This document shows, in pieces, positions 36,801 through 43,849 of a DNA stretch of 58,521 bases; positions within the stretch are counted from its first letter, which is position 1, and the number at the start of each line of letters is the position of its first letter. Source of the DNA: a virus (taxonomy: Duplodnaviria > Caudoviricetes); the IMG/VR virus record IMGVR_UViG_3300049927_000079, positions 1-58,521 of that record, one strand, 5' to 3'. The notes beneath the pieces were generated by a model, which had not been told where the DNA came from, made no database searches, and saw only the letters and a list, made by a program, of their open reading frames with translations. Made by a program: the position numbers and the translations under genes.

Positions 36801-39774
36801 CCAGAACATCGTTGAAGTTCACCGTGGACGGTGCGAGTTGAATGGTCCCAGGGACGGTCCCTGTACCTGTCAAGGTTGAGCCTACCGGCGCACCATTCGA
36901 GGCCACCGAAAGCGCAGAGGTCAAGAGGCCCGCTGCTGCTGGCTTGAAGAATGCATTGATGGTGCAGGACTGAGCCGGCGTTATCGTCCCGGTCGAAGGG
37001 CAGTTGTTCGACTGCGAATAGGCGGTTGGATTCGTGCCGCCAAGACTGATGGTGACTCCGGTCGAATTGATGCTTCCGCTCGCAGTGAGGGTGAAGGCTT
37101 GGCACAGGACCGATGTTCCTACCTGTTGATTCCCGCACGCCGCACTGGACGGACTAAGCGTCATGGCAGCCGCGCCGCCGACGCCGCTCATCGGAACTGT
37201 TTGTGGAGATCCGGGAGCGTTGTCAGTGAAACTCATATTGGCCGTGCGCGAGCCCGTAGCCGTTGGGCAGAACTTGGCGCTCTGCGTACAGGAAGATCCA
37301 GGTCCGAGTGAACCACCCCCCGCACCCGTCGCAGTGAAAGTGGAGAAGCCGTAGTCTGCTTGAGTATTCGCTCCCTGCAGGAACATACCCATTCCCGGAA
37401 AACCTGAAGCGAACGTTGTATCGGTAGCCGTGTTGACCTGGATGCCGTTTTTGAACACGGTGATAGTCGAGCCCGTGATTGACGCCTTGACTACATCTCC
37501 GTTGACTACCGCGCCTCCTACCGCCTTATTGGAGAGCATAGTGAAGCTGCCAAGCGGTCCATTCCAGCGAACAATTTGGGTGTAGGACTGACCCGGCCCA
37601 ACCGCAAAATTTATTTCGTAGCCCTTTATGCTGTGCGGAGCGATCGTAGTGCGAAGCCGTAGTTCCAGTTCCTCAAACGTCGATTGAACGTGTGAGACGG
37701 TGTGGACAGTTGCGGTAACCGTCTGGTCGTTATTCCATGATCCACCGACTACCGCGGTCGAGTCGTTCAGGGCGCCAGAACCAGTTTGCGTCCCGAAAGC
37801 AAGTCCGGGAGTTGTTCGGACGTTGGCCCAGTCGAGACCTGTCGTTCCACCATTGATCCAGTTCCCGCCTTCTGAAATCGGGTTCTCGGTAGCCGGGAAG
37901 TTGGTTGTGTAGGTGCGCGAAGCCAGCAGGCTAGGACAACTGCCAGTTCCGCCTACCGGAAAGTCCAAGGGGTTCGTGCCCGTGAAACCAAGGTTGGTAA
38001 TGGTCAAAGCCGTACTGCCCGTGTTGGTCAGCGTGGTTTGCTGGACTGCGCTGCAACTACCAGGTGCGATCGTACCAAAGTTGAGCACGGCAGGATTAAG
38101 ACTCACAGTGGAAGTACCGCCTGTCACCGTAAGAGCAACCTGGTGCGGCGAACCTACGGCATTGTCGGTCAAGGTCAGGAAAGCGCTACGCACTCCGCTT
38201 GCCGTGGGTTTGGCAGTTATGCTGAACGCGCAGCTAGCAGCAGCCGCAAGCGAGGCGGGACAGTTATTCGTCTGCGAGAAGTCTCCCAGGTTGGTTCCGG
38301 TGATTGCCTTGCCTGAAATAGTGAGTGCCGCATTCCCTGGATTAGACAGCGCGACTACGACCGGAGAGGACGACGTACTTACCGGGACCGTGCCGAAGTT
38401 GACCGATCCTGGACTGAAAGCCACGGCCGGAGCCAGTCCGCCTACGCATCCGCCCGCGAGACCTTCCATGCCAAGGGCCACGCACGGGTCTGCGATGTGG
38501 AAGTGTTGCAATACATTCAACCCGTTGACCAAACTAACGTTCGCCCACCATGCCGTGTTGTACTGTCTTGTACTGTGCGGAGCGGAAGGGTTAGGCCAAG
38601 TACCTACGCACGGTCCCCCAACACATGCTCCCCCTCCCGGCGCCCCTCCTCCTGTGCGGTCAGTGAAGGTGCAGGGCGCAATGCATTGTGCGTTCATAGC
38701 AGCCGAGAAATTGTTCGCTACGGTTTGGGCTCCTGGATAACCGTGCGTCTGCAGCCATGAGTAAGGCGTCTCGCTCTCAATGCTCGGCAGGGCTACTGCG
38801 TCTCCGTTCCCGGTTCCGCCAATGATGATGCCGTAGAGGGTCGCCGCACGGAGAATCGCGTACTGAATAATTCCAAGTTTAGCGATTCCAGGACAGGACG
38901 GTTGCACGGGATCGAAACAGTTGAGTTGCGGCGTAGTGTAATCGAGAAAGAACAAAGATCCGTTCGGAGGTCGGTTCACGTCAGTCGAGGCAGGGCTTGT
39001 TTTAGAAGTACAAAGTTGTCCCGGACTACCGCCGCCAGAACCGATAGGAAACACCGTGAAACCGGGGTAGCGCCCAGTAGGAACGCCGCTTCCGGAGCAC
39101 AGCGAGTAGCCGTACAGCGCATGATTGATTACTCCGGAAAGCAATTCCTGCAGGCGCATGATCGGGCCGAAGGGGGAAGTACCGCCCGTGATCGTTGAGC
39201 CAGTCTGGTAACCGGGTCCGGTATTCCACACATCCATGCCGCAATAACTGTTGCCGTTGTGCGTAAATGTTCCAGGTACAGCCGGGATCTGTCCTGCCCC
39301 GAAGGTATAGAACACCCAAAGTTTGCCAGTCACCTGATCGTAGAGGAGGAAATTGGAATCAGAATTTCCGCCTGTGAAGCCGTTGTATGGCAGGAGGGGC
39401 TGCATGTGGACGATTTGGCCGTTGAGCCCACTGGCATACGAGTTCCCGCTGCAACCTTGCACCGGCCACGTAGGATCACTGGCCTGTCCGAAGTAGAGCG
39501 GCCATGAACTGAAGTCGTCGCTCCCTGGCGTGTGGTACGGGCCTGTTTGAAAATTAGTAAAGTTGCCGGTGACGTTCTGGATCATTTGTGCCGACCCAGG
39601 CATCAGGTTGCCCAACGGCCCGCCCGCGCCGGCATTGGGCAGTTGATGGTTATAGAAGGCAGCCGGATAGGGTCGGTTACTGTTTGCCGGCTGGTTCAGG
39701 ATGTTGTAAGGCGGAGTTTGCGCGAGGGCGCCCGCAACCAGGAACAGGAGCGCGGAGATGAGTCTGCGAATCAA
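33808..39774 (-). CDS. Giant secreted adhesin (1988 aa): signal peptide, N-terminal domain, ~10 ASH/choice-of-anchor-D Ig repeats, nested lectin-like and GH16 domains
   Basis: TTG at 39774 with GAGG RBS; MIRRLISALLFLVAGALA|Q; repeats P.SL.FG...V....TL.NTG...L.....G.N..DF....C..L..G.SC....F.P; EIDSPE GH16 motif. Confidence 0.85.
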   Translation of the reverse strand: MIRRLISALLFLVAGALAQTPPYNILNQPANSNRPYPAAFYNHQLPNAGAGGPLGNLMPGSAQMIQNVTGNFTNFQTGPYHTPGSDDFSSWPLYFGQASDPTWPVQGCSGNSYASGLNGQIVHMQPLLPYNGFTGGNSDSNFLLYDQVTGKLWVFYTFGAGQIPAVPGTFTHNGNSYCGMDVWNTGPGYQTGSTITGGTSPFGPIMRLQELLSGVINHALYGYSLCSGSGVPTGRYPGFTVFPIGSGGGSPGQLCTSKTSPASTDVNRPPNGSLFFLDYTTPQLNCFDPVQPSCPGIAKLGIIQYAILRAATLYGIIIGGTGNGDAVALPSIESETPYSWLQTHGYPGAQTVANNFSAAMNAQCIAPCTFTDRTGGGAPGGGACVGGPCVGTWPNPSAPHSTRQYNTAWWANVSLVNGLNVLQHFHIADPCVALGMEGLAGGCVGGLAPAVAFSPGSVNFGTVPVSTSSSPVVVALSNPGNAALTISGKAITGTNLGDFSQTNNCPASLAAAASCAFSITAKPTASGVRSAFLTLTDNAVGSPHQVALTVTGGTSTVSLNPAVLNFGTIAPGSCSAVQQTTLTNTGSTALTITNLGFTGTNPLDFPVGGTGSCPSLLASRTYTTNFPATENPISEGGNWINGGTTGLDWANVRTTPGLAFGTQTGSGALNDSTAVVGGSWNNDQTVTATVHTVSHVQSTFEELELRLRTTIAPHSIKGYEINFAVGPGQSYTQIVRWNGPLGSFTMLSNKAVGGAVVNGDVVKASITGSTITVFKNGIQVNTATDTTFASGFPGMGMFLQGANTQADYGFSTFTATGAGGGSLGPGSSCTQSAKFCPTATGSRTANMSFTDNAPGSPQTVPMSGVGGAAAMTLSPSSAACGNQQVGTSVLCQAFTLTASGSINSTGVTISLGGTNPTAYSQSNNCPSTGTITPAQSCTINAFFKPAAAGLLTSALSVASNGAPVGSTLTGTGTVPGTIQLAPSTVNFNDVLVGNFSPVTNVTATNTGTSPVTISGVSLIGANPGDFTAGECATAASGFTDNFDQGALSSKWQIDTGTAPGNIGGVNTSTFSTSNVDLSNGMLGLKVVQSGAAPTISVGAEVRSTTAFGFGSYRWSMRSASTATTPYLTGTVPSGQVSSDFILNSSISNPYTEIDSPEIEGRLPNTIEWTTWSTPSLNTATTATLANPELGFHVYGFKWTAPSVAFSIDGTLSQTHSTNIPFAPANPMMNLWGTNNAAFGGLATNGTRWQFVKAFSFTPAGVTTLAAGASCTIPVYFSPLSIGLKIAALSMADSATGSPHQASLSGTGTAPIASLAPVSHDFGSQVSGTQTAPFNFTWSNTGTGPMRWTLSLAGANPGDFVLLANSCANPLPGGQNCIIPAAFKPTTTGARAATLTLVNSASTTPSTAALTGTGVATAPAVCLSATSLSFPNTPVNSVSASLPVVVTNCGTASLVVSSVTPTGNFSQANACGTVTVGSTCTINVKFAPLSAGPLTGNISIASNAASSPNVVTLSGFGTQDGATLTPSSLSFGSITVGQVSANQAVTLQNTGNTSLALGGATINDPNFSFIFGNPTCNQNLAPQAQCQYFIRCNPIAAGAQSGTFTQPFTGTSISPLTVSLSCTGVATAPAVTLTPSSIDFGNVTVGVLSKVVSGQIQNTGTATLNLSSIALTGTNPGDYTLVNHCGLTLAPGAFCPVDVSVTPGGTGARTANVHVVDDASDSPQNLTLTVNGVAAPTPRISLAPTSLAFSPPSIQTGTTSAGLTVTATNTGNADLVIATPLTFGGANPTQFIESDNCGTVTAGNSCTATVNCQPTATGFLTATLIFASNAASSPDTATLSCTGFTGTPNIVLGISRIDFGNQTVGKTSNPLVFIVTNNGTATATGLAVTSTTADFAVTGACGSTLAVGAFCSEQATFTPSTLCGQFDSAGGCISNVHLGSISVVSNTVNSPQTIALQGTAIPVPPPPGPVKVTLGGVLVLGGHLVVGVQ

Positions 39775-40505
39775 TACAGATTCCTCGCATGACGCACTGC
39801 AGAAGAAACAAATGGCGCCACTCCGAAAGCAATCGTGGAGTATCCAGGGGCAGCGCTCCCGGTTTTGGTCGTACCTGCCGTATAGGTGCCGGGCGGTAAA
39901 TTGATCCGGTCTGCGATGTTGAGGCAAGCACCATGATTGTTGAATTCAATTGTGAACCCTGAAGCTGGCGTCTCCCCGCTGCACGTCACCACTCCGCTGT
40001 CACCGCTCATGCTGATAATGAGATCATTTGACCCGCTTGTGGTGACTTGGCTGGTAAATGGACTATTGCCCTGGTTCCCCGTATCTACACCAGTTAAGTC
40101 CTGGCCGTACTCACCTACCCAAAGGAATACTGGAGTGCTCCCGCCAGCAGATAAATTGAACGTGTCAGAACCAGAAAACGCTCCTGTGCTTGAGTAAAAC
40201 AGCACGCCTGCCCATGAAGCAAAAGAGATGGAATAAGACTGGCCAATGCCGACTCCGGTGTTACATCCACTCGTAATGCAGCCTGGGAGTGGTGCCTGTG
40301 AAAAAGAATTGCCGGGAGTATCGGTATAGCTCAGGGTATGCGAGTCGCCGCTCACGAAACCTACAGCAACTACTAAATGATGAGCGCTAACCGTGAGAGT
40401 GCAGGAAGTTGTTCCGCCGCTATTGGTATTTGTGCATTGCTGAACCGGAACCGCTGCAGACACGGGTAGCGCGAACAGGGCGAGAATGAATAAGAGTCGT
40501 CGCAT
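39771..40505 (-). CDS. Secreted beta-rich protein
   Basis: MRRLLFILALFALPVSA signal; Ser/Thr/Gly-rich with paired Cys. Confidence 0.75.
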   Translation of the reverse strand: MRRLLFILALFALPVSAAVPVQQCTNTNSGGTTSCTLTVSAHHLVVAVGFVSGDSHTLSYTDTPGNSFSQAPLPGCITSGCNTGVGIGQSYSISFASWAGVLFYSSTGAFSGSDTFNLSAGGSTPVFLWVGEYGQDLTGVDTGNQGNSPFTSQVTTSGSNDLIISMSGDSGVVTCSGETPASGFTIEFNNHGACLNIADRINLPPGTYTAGTTKTGSAAPGYSTIAFGVAPFVSSAVRHARNLY

Positions 40506-42238
40506 CAATTTACCGTGAAATTTACTTGAACCGAGAACCTCTTGGCTACTCCGCCCGCTGTCCCTGATACGGTCTCAATGTAATCCCCAACCGCGATCGC
40601 AGTGTTCTGCAAGGTTGCCGAGCAAGTCGTGAACGTGTCCAGGCCCGCCGTGGCTCCTGTCTTGGAACACGCTGGCGCGCCCGAGGCTGCCGTTGCAAGC
40701 GCACCTGAAACCAGGTTGGTGACGGTGAAGTTGGACGCGCAAGGACTGCCGGTGCAATGACGGATGGCAACAATCACGTTCGGCGTCCCTGCATCTGCGG
40801 TTACGTCAATCTCGTTAACCGTGGCTGCGTAGGCTACTTGGCACTGCTCTTTCTGTGGGCCTATGTCTGTATCCGTCAGGGCGGAACTGGCATTCTCCGC
40901 ACCAAAGACCAGCGCGCAAGTACGTCGCAGACTTGACCCAGACGGCCCTGCGGCAGTTTTCCATAAAGTTACGATGTGCGTGGCATCCGTAACGGTATCA
41001 ATCGTAAGAACTTGACCGGCCGTGCCAGGGACGCCTGGTATTGAGGTTCCGAAGCTGGTTGGAACGGAGGTCGGAGCGTACCAGTAAGCCGTGGTGAGTT
41101 GACTTAGAGTGGGGACTGCACTTTGGCCGAAACCAATGAAGCCCGCGCTTGAACCGGCAAGCGTGACGCTGATGCCGTTGACATTACCGCCGCCATCGGT
41201 CGTAAAGGACGGGTCGCAGGTGACCACGTTCCCCGTCGCAGCGTAGTACGCGATGGCACCCACCGTAGAGCAAGGGGAGACGGTTCCGGTTCCGCCCGAG
41301 GCTTGTGGCGCAACTACGTCAGGAAGGCCGATGCGGATAACCGCATTCGTTGCGGCGCCAGAGTTGACCGATTGCACGCGCGCTATGTTTTGTACCGCAA
41401 CCGGCTCGGTCGCTCCGGCATCGTGGCACTGAGATCCAGAACCAAGCACCACGTAGTCGTTTATCCCAGTTTGATTATCAAAGGTACAGGAGATGGGGCC
41501 TTGCACGGCGACCGAGACCGTACCCGTCGTTCCGGCGCCGGCATCCGCGACACCTAAGAGATTGTTGGCATCGGTCGGTTGTGCATTTCTGGCCTGCAGT
41601 GAAGAGTTGAGACTGACAAGAAGGAATTGCGTGGTGCCGGGAGAACTGGAATTTGCGTAATCAAACTCAAGCGGCGCTTGTACTAGATCCAAGCCGAGTG
41701 GCCATGCGGCCGGGACGATTCCAGTTGCGACACCTTCTGAATTTCCTACCGTGGTCGCAGTGATGAACTTAGCTACGCGGTTTACCGTTCCCGATCCACC
41801 CCCGCCTCCGCCGCCCGCGCCTGTACCTTCGCAGACGTCGGTTAACGTTCGGTTGTACGGCATCGGTACACTCCCGCTCGACATCGTGATGTCGTAGCAG
41901 GCGCCTTGCGCGACGAAGAAAGTAAGACTCCCGTCCACGTTCGCGACAAAAGGATTCACTGAAGGCGTAGGCGTAGGGTTGTTGTCTGAGAAAATATTCG
42001 CCTTGACCAGGGTGCCGGTGTTATAGACGGTCACTATACAACCGGGGAAGGACGCTTGAACTCCGGCGCCAGCGTTGACGTTCGTGGTCCCAATCTGCTG
42101 CGTAGCGGTCGAAGGTAGGCCCGAGGTCAAGGCTTGCTCCCCTCCGATTTGACAATCGCCGTTCACGCCGGCAAGGGTCTGCCCGAAGGCTGGAGCACAA
42201 CACAGAGCGAGAATGAGGACAAGTTTTCTCGTTACCAT
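40505..42238 (-). CDS. Tail-fibre-like protein with Sec signal peptide
   Basis: MVTRKLVLILALCCAPAFG|Q, then VTVYNTGT..KA.IFSD....NPF.A..DG...FF......YDI anchoring-like module, Gly linkers and a C-terminal jelly-roll-like domain. Confidence 0.75.
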   Translation of the reverse strand: MVTRKLVLILALCCAPAFGQTLAGVNGDCQIGGEQALTSGLPSTATQQIGTTNVNAGAGVQASFPGCIVTVYNTGTLVKANIFSDNNPTPTPSVNPFVANVDGSLTFFVAQGACYDITMSSGSVPMPYNRTLTDVCEGTGAGGGGGGGSGTVNRVAKFITATTVGNSEGVATGIVPAAWPLGLDLVQAPLEFDYANSSSPGTTQFLLVSLNSSLQARNAQPTDANNLLGVADAGAGTTGTVSVAVQGPISCTFDNQTGINDYVVLGSGSQCHDAGATEPVAVQNIARVQSVNSGAATNAVIRIGLPDVVAPQASGGTGTVSPCSTVGAIAYYAATGNVVTCDPSFTTDGGGNVNGISVTLAGSSAGFIGFGQSAVPTLSQLTTAYWYAPTSVPTSFGTSIPGVPGTAGQVLTIDTVTDATHIVTLWKTAAGPSGSSLRRTCALVFGAENASSALTDTDIGPQKEQCQVAYAATVNEIDVTADAGTPNVIVAIRHCTGSPCASNFTVTNLVSGALATAASGAPACSKTGATAGLDTFTTCSATLQNTAIAVGDYIETVSGTAGGVAKRFSVQVNFTVN

Positions 42239-42933
42239 ACTCCGCTTCCTTTTCGCGTGGGCACTTGTGGAGGGACGATTGGCTTGAAAGTTGCCATTAC
42301 TGCCTCCGGCAATGGTGATCCCGATTGTGTCCAAGAGGGATTCACGGCACCGATCGGCGTTTTGACCAGATAAGCCATGTAACAAGTCGTAGTGGTTCCT
42401 GAGTTAAGGATTCCAACGGGAGTAGAGAATCCGGAATCTATAGTCGGAACACTCGCAGTTTGCGAGCCGAATGCACTTACAAAAAGCTCGTTATTGAAAG
42501 ACGGCGTGAGGCTCCCTGGTTGAATCGGAGAACTACCGCTTGACCCGCTTTGACCTTCAAAGGCTGATGACGGCAATGTTCCAGAGAAGGCCATTGCCGC
42601 CATACCTGCGAATGAACTAGAGGTTGCCGTGGTAAACGTGTGCGAGGCTCCAACGGTTCCGGGAATACTGTAAAACATGCGAGTGTGCGTATTGGTGTGA
42701 ACCTGTTCTGTGAGCGCAGTCCAGGAATTACTTTTTGAATCTGTTGGAACAGCCGGCGTTTTTTGAAATTCCGAAATGGCTACGACCAACAGAGTCGCAC
42801 CTGTCGTATCCATGACTGCCGTGGTACAGCCATTTGTCCCTCCGCATGTTTGGGGCGTTCCCACCAGGGCAGGTACACCCCAAGCAAAACTAGAGAGTGC
42901 GAGCACGAATGCGAAAATGAGCGCCTGTCTCAT
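42232..42933 (-). CDS. Secreted beta-rich protein
   Basis: MRQALIFAFVLALSSFAWG signal; DTTGATLLVVA...TDSKSNSWT module, similar in type to 39771..40505. Confidence 0.75.
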   Translation of the reverse strand: MRQALIFAFVLALSSFAWGVPALVGTPQTCGGTNGCTTAVMDTTGATLLVVAISEFQKTPAVPTDSKSNSWTALTEQVHTNTHTRMFYSIPGTVGASHTFTTATSSSFAGMAAMAFSGTLPSSAFEGQSGSSGSSPIQPGSLTPSFNNELFVSAFGSQTASVPTIDSGFSTPVGILNSGTTTTCYMAYLVKTPIGAVNPSWTQSGSPLPEAVMATFKPIVPPQVPTRKGSGVW

Positions 42934-43802
42934 TGGGTTAGGCTTATAAACCAGCCGGTCTGCTTGCTTGTCCCATCTGCAATAAATGTGAATTTGATTA
43001 CGTCGCCGTTCGCGATCGTAGTAGTCGAACTTAGGGTTCCTGGCGCTCCGCCCGCCGCCGCGGTACAGGTCACCGGAGTCGGACTCAGCAGCGCTGTGCC
43101 GGCGCCGTTGGTGGCACTTAAACTACTGGTTCCGGCATTGTCAGTGAAGCACCCGAGGCGGGTAATCGTCCACGTCACTCCGGAATTGTTGTAGCAGTTG
43201 GTCTGAAGATAGGTGCCCGCTGCCATCGCGTTCAAGCCATCCCCGAGACCGGGATAGCAGCGCAAGATGCTGTACTGTGCCGCCAACTGGGTAGCTGTGA
43301 CCGTGTTGGCAGTCATGTCCGCGCCTACGACCGCACCATAGGTAGGGTCGCCGGCAGCAGCACCGTGCAGCACTGTAGTTGAGGTCCCCAGGCTTGCCAA
43401 GACGGACGGGCACACGCCCGCGCCGCCACCTAGCACAATCGCGTGTTGAGTCAAGGTGCCGGAAGAGGCCCACGTCGCCGCCCCGGTGAAGCACACAATT
43501 CCGCCAGATGTTCCCGCCACAGTGAGCGCGGGGGTAGTCGTCGGATTAGCTACAGAAATCAGTCCGCCCGTGAACGAAACACTGCTAACCGTTCCCCCGC
43601 CACTGCCAGCCACCTTAGTCCATGTCCCGCTTACGCACGTGTAGAGGTCTCCTGTGGTGAGAAGAACTTGTAGATGCTGGCCCTGAGAGCACGTCCCGGA
43701 GGGTGCCGAGGTTACGTAATCCACAAACCCCGGACCCACCACTTGCGCGGGCAGGACGCGCGGCAGAAGAAGCAAAAGAATAAGCAGGGCCGACCACCGC
43801 AT
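42930..43802 (-). CDS. Tail-fibre-like protein with Sec signal peptide (paralogue of 43850..45484 N-terminus)
   Basis: AGGAGG RBS before ATG 43802; MRWSALLILLLLLPRVLPA|QVVGPGFVDYVTSAPSGTC; GTVSSV...TTTP fibre repeat. Confidence 0.75.
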   Translation of the reverse strand: MRWSALLILLLLLPRVLPAQVVGPGFVDYVTSAPSGTCSQGQHLQVLLTTGDLYTCVSGTWTKVAGSGGGTVSSVSFTGGLISVANPTTTPALTVAGTSGGIVCFTGAATWASSGTLTQHAIVLGGGAGVCPSVLASLGTSTTVLHGAAAGDPTYGAVVGADMTANTVTATQLAAQYSILRCYPGLGDGLNAMAAGTYLQTNCYNNSGVTWTITRLGCFTDNAGTSSLSATNGAGTALLSPTPVTCTAAAGGAPGTLSSTTTIANGDVIKFTFIADGTSKQTGWFISLTQ

Positions 43803-43849
43803 TAGTTTAGAGCCTCCTACGATAAATTGCTGCAAGGTCATGTCATTGC

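Noticed and set aside
33163-38760. Long plus-strand ORFs (e.g. 35048..36139, 37913..38740, 33163..33840)
   Set aside because: Antisense shadows of GC-rich, Thr/Ser-rich coding sequence with no recognisable motifs.
39775-39927. ORF-track N-terminal extensions (39927, 42385, 43841, 10819, 25192, 25817, 57856)
   Set aside because: Most overlap upstream genes; downstream starts have an RBS or stop-start coupling, and the three fibre-module starts expose clean signal peptides.
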